Shown: piece after piece, positions 23,665-36,355 of the stretch
How the letters are laid out: each line of letters starts with the position of its first letter
Numbering within the stretch: position 1 is the first letter of the stretch
DNA from: Felis catus
Taxonomy: Eukaryota
Assembly: GCF_018350175.1 (NCBI RefSeq)
Contig: NC_058373.1
Span: forward strand, 103,480,001-103,544,000
Length of the DNA stretch: 64,000 bases
Reading direction: 5' to 3'
Position numbers and translations under genes: made by a program
Notes under the pieces: model-generated
Database searches by the model: none
What the model was told of the DNA's origin: nothing
Seen by the model: only the letters and a program-made list of their open reading frames with translations

Positions 23665-24454
23665 AAAGAAAAGAATACCAAATTACTAAGGCAAAACAAG
23701 GTACAGGGTCTAAGAAGAGGCTTCTCCATTGAAAAGGCCTGAAGCTGAAGCTTTATCTATGGTACAGCATCTTCTGGACTGGAGGTACTTTTAAGGCAGG
23801 ATTTAAGGAAATGAATGAGACGTCTACCCTCTCAAGTCAACATTATCTTTAGAAAAGGAAAGCTTGAATCCTATCAGCGCAGTTCAAACACAGGGGTTTA
23901 TGACAGAAGGTGCCAGAGCTGGGTTCTTGTTCCAAGGCAGCGATTACTTCGGCCAATGTGGCATTGCTCTAGAGATAATTTGCTGGAAATAAGAAAAGGC
24001 TTTGCCACACCATCACTGGCACGGGACCACCCCTCCGAAGGAGGCTGATTAAAAAGCCAGGCACCAGATGGCCCTCCCGAAGAGAGGTCACCAAATAGCC
24101 ACCACACACAGGCAGGGGTTGCCAGGTAATGGTTGGATGAGCCCTCTCCCTTCTCCTCAGCTTTCAAAGCAGATTTGAGGATTTAGTGGTAATCCTTTCG
24201 TTTTCACTGTTTGGCCTGAAATCCATTAGCGTGAACGGCCCTGAATCCGTCTTGTTAAAATTCTATATTTATCTTTTTCCTTGCATCAGTAACAGATTTT
24301 AGAGGTTTTCTTTCTTTTATTTTGTTTTTTTAAATTTTTAGTTAGAAAAGAATACGTTGCTGGCAGCAGGCTAGAAAGGAATCAGTGGCATCCACACAGG
24401 TTTTTAGGAATAAACGCCTGGAAACGCTTCAGATTTAGAAATTATATGGTTCTA

Positions 24455-24908
24455 TTTTTTTTTTTAATTTTTTTAATGTTTATTTTTTTTTAATTTTTTT
24501 TTTAATGTTTATTTATTTTTGAGACAGAGAGAGACAGAGCATGAACAGGGGAGGGGCAGAGAGAGAGGGAGACACAGAATCCGAAACGGGCTCCAGGCTC
24601 TGAGCTGTCAGCACAGAGCCGACGCGGGGCTCGAACTCACGGACCATGAGATCATGACCTGAGCCGAAGTCGGACGCTTAACCGACTGAGCCACGCAGGC
24701 GCCCCTGTGTATTTATTTTTGAGACAGAGAGAGACAGAGCATGAATGGGGGAGGGTCAGAGAGAGGGAGACACAGAATCTGAAACAGGCTCCAGGCTCTG
24801 AGCTGTCAGCACAGAGCCCAACGCGGGGCTCGAACTCACGGACCGCGAGATCATGACCTGAGCCAAAGTCGGCCGCTTAACCGCTTAACTGAGCCACCCA
24901 GTCGCCCC
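24455..24908 (-). mobile_element. Can-SINE (outer copy; body 24706-24908, tail end 24455-24484)
   Basis: Tail split by a second copy. Confidence 0.9.
24485..24705 (-). mobile_element. Can-SINE nested in the tail of the outer copy, same orientation
   Basis: Flanked by TGTTTATTT / TGTGTATTT. Confidence 0.92.
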
Positions 24909-25449
24909 GTATTTTATAAGACTAATAAAAAATCCTAATGCCATATAGAAACATATCTGATGATATATGTTTTCCAGAGCACACACACCCGATTTCATAA
25001 GATCTGCATGCAAATCCCACAAGATATGCAGACCATTATTTTCCCTTTCCCTCCTCTTTCTCCACCTACCACCCCACCCTCTGTCCTCTCCCCTGAAATT
25101 TAATGATACTCACCCCGAAATCAAACCTGGTGAGGGAGATCCCAGAACTGGCAAAGCAGTCAGTGGTCAACTCAGACTGGATCTCAAGTCTCCTGACCCT
25201 TAGTCCAGGGGTCTTTCCTTTTCTGTGTATCTGTAAGTTAACTTCTTTCACTAATTAACTGGTATTTCTGTCCATGCCGTTATTCCCTAGTCCTGTTTGC
25301 CCTGCTGTGTGGTTCTGGTGGCTCTACGGTGACTGTATCCTGGGTCTGGCTCTATCAGGAGTCAAGGCCTAGAAGGAGTAATGGATAAACAAGCGAACGA
25401 GTGAGCTTACTGAAGGGAAGGACATGTTGACCTGTCTTTCTCAGGACAC

Positions 25450-26825
25450 AGGGAGGATCTTCCTGCTTCTGGAGAACTCTGTCCATTGTGCACACAACAC
25501 TCTTCTGATTTTCCTCCTGACTCCTGTGGCCACTCCTTCTGTCTTGTGTGCAGGTCCATCCTTCTCTGCCTGACCACTGACTGTGGGAACCTCTCCAGGC
25601 TAGTCTTAGGCCCCATTACTTTTCCTGCTCTCTCTCCCTAGGAGGGTTCAACCATGCCGTCTCCTTCAAATGTCATCTACAGGCCAATAACTCCCAAATC
25701 CATTTCTACCCCAGACCTCTCCGAGCTCCGACCCTTAAATCCAACCCTGCGTTTAATATTTCTATTAGGATGTCTCAAATTCCCAACCCATCCTGGACAG
25801 AGCCCCTGATCTTCTCTTCTCCCCCAAACTGGGTTTCCTGCAAGACTTCCTGTCTACCCCACCTCCCTGCTGCACAAGTCAGGAATCCGGAAGTCATGCT
25901 TGGAACCTCGTCTCCTTCACCCTCTAGAACCTATGCACTACCAAGTCCTACTGGTTTTGCCTGCTGACTGTCTGGTGGTCTTGACAGCTTCCTTCCACTC
26001 CATCAGCACCTCCCCAGTCTAAGCTTCCCTCATCTCTCATGTGGACCTGTGATAGTCAACAGTTCCCCCTGAAATCTATTCCTGTACTTCTCTTACTCAT
26101 TCTTTACACAAGAGGCTCTTCAAACCGCTCATCTGATTCTACCATGCATCCCTGGACCACCCCTTACTCCACGCTGTGGCCACATTGGCTGTCTTTTAGT
26201 TCCTTTCATTAGCCATGTTGTTCATGCCTCTCCTTGAGGCAAAAGCCTTCCCCCAAAAGCCTTCCTCCCTTCCCCCAAAAGCCACTACTGTCACAGGGCC
26301 TTTGCTTATGGTCTTCTCTGTACCTGAGACTGCCTCTCACCCCCAATACACATGCATATGCACAGCCACCTGGCTACCGCCTACTTATCCTTCTGGCCTT
26401 GTGTCCAATATCATTTCCTCAAACCCAGGTTGTATTTCTTCGCTAGACACTCACATAGAATTATGTTGTGGACACATGCATCTCAAATTCGTAATTACAC
26501 TCCTTCATTCAGTCAGCAACTCCTTACGGATGACCTACGTTGTTCCAGGGACTGTTCTAGGCACTTGTGATGCACCAGAGAATTAGCCAGACAAAAATCT
26601 CCCCTCCTGTGGGGCTCATATCCTATGGCAATCGTATTCCTACGAATAATTACAAATTCATTTCTGTCCCATACTAAGCGTGTTCAATGAGAGCTAGAAC
26701 TGCTTCTGTTTTTGTTGGCAGGTATCATCAGCCCTCAGTACAGAGCCAGCTCCCATCAGGTTCTCAAACATTTGGGAAATTAATGGCTATTTACATTTGT
26801 AAATTAACAAATGAATGAATAAATG
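25450..26825 (+). mobile_element. L2 LINE fragment
   Basis: CCTTCAAATGTCATCTACAGGCCAATAACTCCCAAATC...CCCAGACCTCTCC; ends AAATGAATGAAT. Confidence 0.65.
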
Positions 26826-27312
26826 TGATTTCAATATTGTAACTTGGCTGATATTGAACTTGTGATATTTTTAATATTTAATAAATATTGTGATACACGA
26901 TCAGAAAACGAAGTCCATGTGTAATTGCCAAGATAATCTTTCTCCCACTTGCCCATTAACCTTTCGAAGATCTGAACAAGCCCCGCGCTCCTCCCCTAGT
27001 GGTTGAGAAGTGACTTGTGAAGAACTAGCTGAGCTTTGCTGCCATCTTTTGACCAAAGTTAATACCACAGAGATGAAAACCACATCCCATTCTACTTCAG
27101 GTTCTGGGACATCAATGAAAAGTCCCCCCCACTGAGTTCTATTTCTATCTAAAAATTCAAGAACATGTTGCCAGTTAAGAGGAAATGCATGGCCACACTC
27201 AGTGCCTCTTATAGCTTCTATTACAGCTTTGTTCACTTATTTGTTTGCCTAGCTATCTCCTACCCTCCCACTTCCACATCTGCACATTCCTCACCATCCT
27301 AAATACCTAAAA

Positions 27313-27314
<2 letters not shown>

Positions 27315-27352
<38 letters not shown>
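27315..27352. repeat. (GT)19 microsatellite
   Basis: Pure GT run. Confidence 0.97.
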
Positions 27353-27355
<3 letters not shown>

Positions 27356-28223
27356 GTGAACATTTATGTAAACAGTACACAAACAACTAGTTTATGTCAA
27401 AACTGGGGGGCACAGACACTCAATAAATACTGGCTCTTATTCTTAACATAAGCATTATTATAAAGATCCTTCCCCTAAAGAGCAGATGAGCTAAAGAAGA
27501 CTTCCCCATGCACGAGGACACCCACCCCAAACTCAGTCTGAGATTTGCCCTCTTTTCCTGTCTCCTATTCTCTTCCTCTCTCCTGGAAAGCCTATCAAAA
27601 CTTTTGTTGCTATCTCAACCCTTTAAATTTACTGTACATATTAACATTACATATTATATATTCAACAAGATGTATTTTATATTTTCTATATATTACTTAA
27701 TATATTTTATAAATATTTAAACTTATATAATATATAGATATATATACTTTTTTTGGATATATATACTTTAAGTGCTTCATATTTTGTCTCTCCAGAAACC
27801 CCTGGTTGTATTGTATTTTACCCTTAGGATTTCCGACAGTACTCCATAAACTGTTACGAACTATATTAAGGGATCTTTTCTGAAACGAGGAATGTCAAGG
27901 AATATTTTGTTTTGCTCTCATATATTTTGTGTGAAGACTGTAGTAAGAACATTATGACAGGTTCTCAGAAAGCTAGCCACCACATTTTTAAATACATATT
28001 TGAAACTTATATTCCTTTGGAAATTTTACAAATTTGAAAATATGTCCTCTTTGAAATAGCTGTAATGCCAAAGAGAGAGTTTGTATATTTGAAGCTGGAG
28101 AATAGAAAATAAGAACCAAGGAGCAATACAAAGGAGAGAAGGAAAAAAAAACTGGATTTTTCCCTGAGGAAAAGTCAAGAAGGATGTCATGCGTAGATAT
28201 TTGAGCAATAGGTAGACTACTTA

Positions 28224-28436
28224 GGGGCACCTGGGTGGCTCAGTCAATTAAGCATTCAAATTCTGTTCAATGTCATGATCCCACGGTTCATTGGTTCAAG
28301 CTCTGCATCGGTTCTGTGCTGACAGCTCACAGCCTGGAGCCTGCTAAGGATTCTGTCTCTCTCTCTCTCTCTCTGACCCTCCAGCCATTCATGCTCTGTC
28401 TCTGTCTCAAAAATAAACATTAAAAATTTTTCAGAA
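28224..28436 (+). mobile_element. Can-SINE
   Basis: TSD AATAGGTAGACTAC at 28207 and 28437. Confidence 0.95.
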
Positions 28437-29609
28437 AATAGGTAGACTACGTAAAGGAACAGATAGATATTCCTTGGAGTCTTTGAAGAACACTATAGCA
28501 GAATGGGTTTCAGGGAAGTGAAGATTTTGAGTAATCCAAGAAAACAAAAACCATGAAGTGAAGAGGTTTGTTCATCAGCTTGGCATCAACCTTCTGAGCA
28601 TGACAGGGAATTGATGCAGCTGAAGAAACCATTTCATTTCACACACATGCCTCGTACATACTTGAGTTTGTCGGCAAATGGCTACTGAATTAAAGAGACC
28701 TTGATTAGCCAAAGCCTCATCTTTCTGTTCTCTTCACTATGGTTCAGCTCATGGTGATTTAGTGATACTAAACACCCAACATTAAGAGTCTAGTTTTAAA
28801 CAATTAGTTCGGAATAGGGATATCAAGAAAAATGATATTTTGAAGTGTAGTCTGTTATACAACTGAGAAAACTAAAGTCGGTGACTAGAAATTTGAATGA
28901 TTTTGTTAGAAGCTATGTCACATGTGCTTGTTATTAATTTTACTAAAATCGTTGCTCATTTTCAATTCTGCACAGAAACATTCTGAAAATCGAATGCTGT
29001 CTGTGGTCCTTAACACGGGTGGCCTGGTTCACCAGAGATGGAACGGCTTTGCTTTGGGGGAAAATTTTCCAGTCCCAACTGAACACATTCTCAAAATGCA
29101 GAGCATTATGGCCTCTTTGTTTTCCCTGCCTCGTGCATGAAAGAAGATACCTGCAAGCAATTTCCTGTGCTGACAGATCAGGAACGAAGTCTCTGAGCTC
29201 AAGGGCAAATGGGAGAACTGCCTGCATCAGGCTGGTCATTGGGGAAGACTAATGGCTACAAAGCACCAGCTGAAGATATCACCTGGTTATTTAAAAACCT
29301 TTGTGTAGTACAATGAGCCAAATGGACGTTCTATGCAGAGGACAAGGAACTATTCATTTCACTCAGGTTTAACTTTTCAGAAGAGCCCTTTTCAGAAGAG
29401 GGCCCCTCTATTTTGAGAGCACTAAATCCTCTTGGTGACTTTGGTAAAAGAGACATGAAATAACAGAGGAAGCAAATGTGTTTCAGATGGAAATTAATGG
29501 CTCTTGGAATGGAATGCCTGGTAAACATCTGGTGTCCTTTTATCTTGAATGAATGTCTGTCTCCCTTAGTTAATAGATTACACCTGTTGACCAACCAAAC
29601 CTCTCCCTA

Positions 29610-29755
29610 CATCCAAATGAAGGTGAAAACACTGATGTAGAGGTCCCACCCCTAGAGAAAGATCCTGATACAATCTCTTGGATTTGCCCTGGGCTTGGGG
29701 AAAGTTTTTAAAGTTCCCAGGTGATTTTAATATGCAGCCAAGATTGAGAACCCCC
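29610..29755. mobile_element. MER5-like hAT-Charlie fragment
   Basis: TTTTTAAAGTTCCCAGGTGATTTTAATATGCAGCCAAGATTGAGAACC. Confidence 0.65.
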
Positions 29756-30777
29756 GTGTAAACAGAAGGAGACTTTGATAGATTGGGGGATATAATTTAT
29801 TCATGCAGCAAAAATTAAAACAAGCTAACTAGTGATATGAATTGTTTATAAATATTTTGTCATGTGTTTAAAACATTTTTAAATGTTTACATTGTTTACA
29901 TTAGATTCTTAAATTATTTTTATCAGATTTAGACTTTATATTTGATTTATTGAGCTCTTGTCAGTATTATAAACATAATGAGGCAGATGTTCTCCTGTCC
30001 ATTGTGTCAGTGATGAGCAACTATTAACAAACAAAAATAAGATGAGTCTACATATTGCTCACAGACCCATGCGTGCCGTCCTTTCAGACTTTTCCCCAGG
30101 GGACAACCCTATAGTGGATTACCTCTGATTGAGGACAATCTGGGGTGGCCATTTGACACATTATGTTTTCTATTTTATAACTGGTTTATATAGTCATTTT
30201 TAAAAAAGAATTAGATAAATATAACTGGGTGACTGGCTGAGAGTCTGTCTTTGCATGGTAGGAGGCAATTTAACTTATATTAGGAGAAATATGGTTCTGG
30301 AAAAACCTATTAAGTAGTCTGTGCTAGTCAAAGGCTCCTTGAATTAAAGAATGTCTGAACTGTGTTGCCAATAAACCATCCTCTTGTAGACAATACTATG
30401 CACTGATACTTGCAACTGTCTTTACAACTTTGGTTTAATGACTATTAAGGCATGACCACAAAACAAACAGGAAAAAGTAATGCTGAAAAAGTAATGCAGT
30501 AATACCATAGTTCCAACCTAATGCAAACACATAGATCCATAACCACCTCCCACATAACCAACTATGCCTGAAAACTCTTAAATCTGTACAAGATGTGTTT
30601 ATTTAAGACCTTTACTGGCTACCCTTGCATCCAGCCATGAAATACAAGGAATCTATGATTGACCTATGTATCTTCTCTTTAATTTTAAACCTGAATTGTG
30701 TATGTGTTTGCATGCTTGCATATACACGTGTTGTTTGAGCGATGGAGAGAGAGGAGGGCGAACAGATGCACTGTGAC

Positions 30778-30989
30778 TTTTTTTTTTTTAATATTTATTT
30801 CTGAGACAGAGAAAGACAGAGCATGAGTGGAGGAGGGGCAGAGAGAGAAGGGGGGCACAGAATCCGAAGAAGGCTCCAGGCTCCGAGCTGTCAGCACAGA
30901 GCCCGACACGGGGCTTGAAATCACAGACTGTGAGATCATGACCTGAGGCGAAGCCGGACCCTCAACTGACCAAGCCACCCAGGCGCCCC
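30778..30989 (-). mobile_element. Can-SINE
   Basis: TSD CACTGT(G/A)ACT. Confidence 0.95.
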
Positions 30990-31016
30990 AACACTGTAAC
31001 TCTTAAACAACAATTA

Positions 31017-31420
31017 GCCCAATGATTCTCAAACTTTAATGTTCTCATGAGTAACTCAGAGACCTTGTTAAAATTCAGGTTCTCGGGGCGCCTGGGTGGC
31101 GCAGTCGGTTAAGCGTCCGACTTCAGCCAGGTCAGGATCTCGCGGTCTGTGAGTTCGAGCCCCGCGTCAGGCTCTGGGCTGATGGCTCGGAGCCTGGAGC
31201 CTGTTTCCGATTCTGTGTCTCCCTCTCTCTCTGCCCTTCCCCCGTTCATGCTCTGTCTCTCTCTGTCCCAAAAATAAATAAACGTTGAAAAAAAAAATTT
31301 TTTTTTTAAAATTCAGGTTCTGATTCAGTAGTTCTGGAGTGAGATGTGATTCTGAATTTCTTTCAAGCTCATCCGATGATCCCAAGGCTGATGCTTGGGA
31401 CATCAGTTGACAGTTTTGAA
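31017..31420. mobile_element. MER5-like hAT-Charlie element interrupted by a SINE
   Basis: GATTCTCAAACTTTAATG...CTTGTTAAAATTCAGGTTCT / GATTCAGTAGTTCTGGAGTGAG. Confidence 0.65.
31085..31307 (+). mobile_element. Young Can-SINE (SINEC_Fc)
   Basis: Perfect TSD AAAATTCAGGTTCT at 31070 and 31308. Confidence 0.97.
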
Positions 31421-31814
31421 TGACGGGGAGATAACCCATCCTGATAAGAAGACAAATGCCAAGTAAGGCTCTTTGGGGTCAGCAGATCACATCAGTGCAC
31501 TGTCTAGCCCCCCACCCTGTGCCTCTGGTGCAAGTGGAAGCAGGCAAGGGTCATCTGGGCCAGCACAAAGCCAACATCACTCTTGATAAAACAGCAGCCC
31601 AGATGTCAACTTCCCACACAGACAAGGATTAGAGAAAGATCATACACGATGGGTTCAGAATACCTTCCGACACTAATTCATATAAACTCTCAGTAAATGA
31701 CCTGCAGTGTAAATTAAAAGTTGATGATAGAATATTTCCATGGCATTGTTTTCACACACTGATGAGACATATATCTTCAAAAAAGAAAACTAAGTAACTT
31801 TTCTGGCATCCTAA

Positions 31815-32022
31815 TTTTTTTTAATGTTTATTTATTTTCGAGAGAGAGGGACATAGTATGAGCAGGGGAGGGCAGAGAGAGAGGGAGACACAGAATCTGA
31901 AGCAGGCTCCAGGCTCTGAGCTGTCAGCACAGAGCCCAACATGGGGCTCGAACTCACAAACCCCGAGATCATGACCTGAGCCAAAGTCAGATGCTTAACC
32001 AACTAAGCCACCTGGGAACCCC
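31815..32022 (-). mobile_element. Can-SINE
   Basis: TSD TCTGGCATCCT. Confidence 0.95.
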
Positions 32023-33599
32023 TCTGGCATCCTTTCACATGATGTGTTCTGTCTTTTTCCTGGACTTCACACTTGAAAGTGAGTACAGTGAATTTTGAAG
32101 TAATTATCTACTATATTAGAAAAGCTCTAATAGAGCCATTGGCTTTTGACAAATGACTCTGGGACTCAAATTTTCCATTTGGAAATTAAAGAGGTACATT
32201 CTAATAGGTCTTCAGGTCCCCAAGATCTTTGGGATGGTTCTTCCTGACTCCTCCTACTGAACAGCTGCTTCTGTCTGATCAAAAGTTTAAGGGCCACCAT
32301 TCCTTGGTGAAGGAGGTCAAGTTTGGGAAAAGAGCAAAAGAAAGGAGTGAGTTTAAGTCATATAATGAATACAAAAAAACAGTTCACAGTGTTTATCTCT
32401 GGAAACAGAATTTTTCTGTTTCCAGCTTTTTTTTATCTTAACATAGCTTACTTTTATAACCAGATAAAATGTAATTGCAAATTAAACATATTGGTAAATT
32501 CACAAGAAAGAAAGAAGGAAGGAGGAAAAGATAGAAGTAAGGAAGGATGGATGGATTGGAATAGATGAACTCTACTATTTCTCCTTGGTCATAAAAATAA
32601 GTCCTATACTAACCATGAAGCCTATGACTAGGCTAGAACAGACAAAATGGTCACACAGAATTTTAGGCCTAGCTTCCAAAATTATATGCCAAAAAAAAAA
32701 AAAAAATCTGCATTTGGAGAGAGAATGTTGTTTTCTCTGGGCCAAGAACATTAATCATCGAAATGCTTGGCAGGCACAGGGCTGGTGACTGCCTACTGGC
32801 ACTGTTTGGCCTTGGTATACCATCTGATGACAGCCCTAAAACAAAATAGAAGAAGACGCTCATTAAAATAGTAATAGTAGTAGTAATAATGTTAAAGTAT
32901 AATAAAAACCCTGGCTGCACTGGGAAGCTTAGGGTCTGCTCTATTGTCTTTCCATCTGCTTCACATGTGAAAGGCTATGTGTGGTTATGCTTCCTCTGTT
33001 CTTGGAGGTAGCTGGGAAATAGTTGAGAACAATGTCAACCTCACCCAGGGGACTTTTTAGTCCTCTTTTTTTCCTCTGTCAGTAGCATCCGTTCCAAGCG
33101 TGGCCATCTTGAGTGACCTTAGGGTTTCTATTCCCAAGGACTCAGAAGAGAGATGTAAACTTCAGCTCCCCCTGGCCACACCAGCCAGGACTGCAAATAA
33201 GGACGTGTCCACCAGACGTAGTAGACGTTGACCCTATCTTCACAGCAAGACCAGTAGGGCTCCAAATGCTAACCTCACCCCTGCCAAGTGTCTCTCCGTT
33301 CCTTTTCAGAATCCACCACCTCATGGGCTCACCAAGGGACCAGTTACAAATTTCTGGTTTTTGCTGTGTTCATTGCCACTCTCCTCTGACTTCTGCCGTA
33401 GCTATGCCATCGCATGCCTGAAGGGCGTCATTCACATGGAGTACCATGAAATGTGCGGTTGGAATTGTGTGGAGCAGCTCCTGCTGCTCTCACACTAGTA
33501 GATCCTTTGTCCCCTGGGAACCTGCTGTGGCTCCACTGGGCATGCTGCACTTTCTCCCGGTCTCGCTGACTAAGGGAGCTGAGCCCTGTATGGATAGAG

Positions 33600-34032
33600 T
33601 AGGTGGTCCCAATGGGGGCTGCCGACCCCTGGACTCCATTCTCTTGGTCACGGGGTCTGGATCAGGATATGGGCAGGTGAGCCAAGCTAGTCCAATCAGA
33701 GCCCTTCTCTGGGATTTTTGACATTGGACCTGAAGTCAGGAAACCCCTTCCTTCTCGAATGGCAAACTTGTGAGCTCCGAAAGCAACAGAGGCCATGACA
33801 CTAGCGCCTAGGAGAAAACCGATTTGTGGTAGGGGAGAATGAAGTTGTCACTCAGAAAGAAGCAAGGACTGAATGTGAGGGAAGGGTCTAAATGATATTT
33901 ATTCCCACGTTTGAGCTGTTTCAAGCAATATCATGATCTTTCTAGTTACATAAGCCAATACATTTTCTCTCTGACCTAAGCTCTTTGAGTCAAAGTTTTT
34001 GTGCTGTGTAACCCACACACTTTGACTAACAC
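33600..34032 (+). mobile_element. Old MaLR LTR (MLT1J/K-like)
   Basis: CTTGGTCAC...GCCAAGCTAGTCCAATCAGAG...TAGTTACATAAGCCAATACATT...TTGACTAACAC. Confidence 0.55.
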
Positions 34033-36136
34033 CATGCTAATAATCCACTGATTCCTCCCATACTTTCTCTCACTCTCCCACTTTGAGAAGTTGTGTAAAG
34101 ATACTTGCTTCAACACCTCTGAGAAAAGAAGCCAATTTTCTCTGGAAATCAGTGACTTGCCAGAGTCAATTAATCCCACATTTAACATAAAGAACATGTA
34201 AAGTGCTTTGGATAGTGCCAGGCATGTAATAAGCACTAAGTGTTTGTTACTAATATTGTCAGTAGTAGTCTTGGCGGTCTCTGTAGCCAGATGGATATAG
34301 CAGCACATGGTAGTATAAAGCGGGGGTGCCAAAAAACCCTTCCAAATTAATAGGACTTGCTTATGGATTGCCCCCTCCAAAAGCACACAAAATGGTATGA
34401 GTGGTATGAAACCGTTCACTGTTTCCCACTTGCTCATTTTTTATTCCGTGCTTTTGAAATTAGTTCAACCAGTGACCTGCTTTTGTGGCTGAGCGTGTTC
34501 AGTTACTCCTTGCCTAGAAAGCCCGTGGTCCATCATGTCCCTGGCATCACTTGGTGTAACAATTGCTTCAATTGCCCATCCTAATTTTCGGTCACACTGT
34601 TACTTCCTAAGGAACATGAAAATGAAAAGACTGCTCTGTATTGTATTTCTCAGCCACTCCTGCCCTGCTCATTCTACAGAATGTGTTCTCTTTTCTGCTA
34701 ATATGTCAGTTGAGCACCAGGATCAATGGAAGTCTGTATTTCCAGTCCATTAATTTTGACTAGGCTGAGGGTGGATGAAGTTTAAATCAGAAAAAAGTGT
34801 CAATACCAGGCAATATACTTAAAACTACCTGGGCTGTAGGTAAAGTTTCAATATAGTCAGTCTGATGATACATAGAGGCCCACATCCCTTTGGGCTCTGT
34901 CTTCTGAACAAAGGTGGATTTGTCTTTTGTCATTGTCTACCTGAGCAATCCTGGGAGACAGAAACAGTTTTAGATGAGATCAAGGAGATACATCGTGTAG
35001 AACCCAATGTTTCATAGTTCATGGTCTCTCAGGGTCTAGTCATCTTGTGGACCCCAATTACTACCTTTAAAACCCTTACCAATAGATCTTCCTTAATGTT
35101 CCAATCATCACCATCTTTCTCATCCATATGTAACAAATAGGCATCAAATGAGCAAGCCATATCTGAGATCTAAAAGCCCATAGCTTTTTCTATAAATCTT
35201 GTCTTTGAATTATGGTACCCTAATGCTTGCCAGACAAAACAAATTCTAGCCCAAGAGCTTATAGAAGGTCCTTGCTGCTAGCTATGAGTTTACATAAAAA
35301 TTAAACAGTAATATGAGAATTCTTGTGTTGAGAGGTGTGTAAGAGTCAACCAAAATACTTTCTACATAGCCCATTGAACCGGACTTATACTTGTCTTCCA
35401 CCAGAGTCTTTATGGTGGCTGAGTAGATGGTCATCACCTTCCATAACCCTTCTGAGTTAATTGGGCAGTGATCCAACTTGGCCATAGCCATGTTCTTTTG
35501 TATTCATATACTCATGTACTCACAAATCCCTAATACCTAATAATACCTAACAACATGGTGAGGACCATTTGGATCTAGGCTACAGCTGCCAGTTGTGGAT
35601 CCTGTGGACCACTATCAATTCACTTCCTTTCGTATATTCCTTACTATACCATTTCTGTTTAATCAATTATATTTTTTGAGCGTTCCCTCTAACATCTGAA
35701 TATCTTTCAAATGTTACCCAAGCAGTTTTGAATTTCTGATCTTAGAATTATTTTTGGTGTCCTTCTATAGAAGATGCATCTTAACCAGTGATCAATAGCC
35801 GACAATTAAAAGTGTTTCAAAAGGGGAGCAATAGGCAGCTGCATTAGGTTCTAAAGTCAAGTTCTAAAGTCCCAATGGCTAATGCTACCCCAGGTTTCTG
35901 TCAGTCTCAAATTGCGATAGGTCTCTGTTGTGGAGACGATCAATATTATAAAATCAACAAGCTCATAAAGACCCAGTGGCATCTGCTGGCTTTCTCCTCA
36001 CTTAAAAGCAGTATTCTAATGTGAAATTTGGCAAACAGATCCCAGAATACACCCGGGTATGGGGCGACTTCTCTAGTATCCAAATTATTCTGTCAGCCCA
36101 TTTGCTCCCGTCTCAGGGTAGAATTAGAAATGTTCT

Positions 36137-36355
36137 GGGGCGCCTGGGTGGCGCAGTCGGTTAAGCGTCCGACTTCAGCCAGGTCACGATCTCATGGTCC
36201 GTGAGTTCGAGCCCCGTGTCAGGCTCTGGGCTGATGGCTCAGAGCCTGGAGCCTGTTTCCGATTCTGTGTCTCCCTCTCTCTCTGCCCCTCCCCCGTTCA
36301 TGCTCTGTCTCTCTCTGTCCCAAAAATAAATAAACGTTTAAAAAAAAAAAAAAAA
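36137..36355 (+). mobile_element. Young Can-SINE (SINEC_Fc)
   Basis: Perfect TSD AGAAATGTTCT; pure A tail. Confidence 0.97.

Noticed and set aside
33976..34437. 153-aa ORF (-)
   Set aside because: Overlaps an MLT1 end and a MIR-like fragment; no homology or splice support visible
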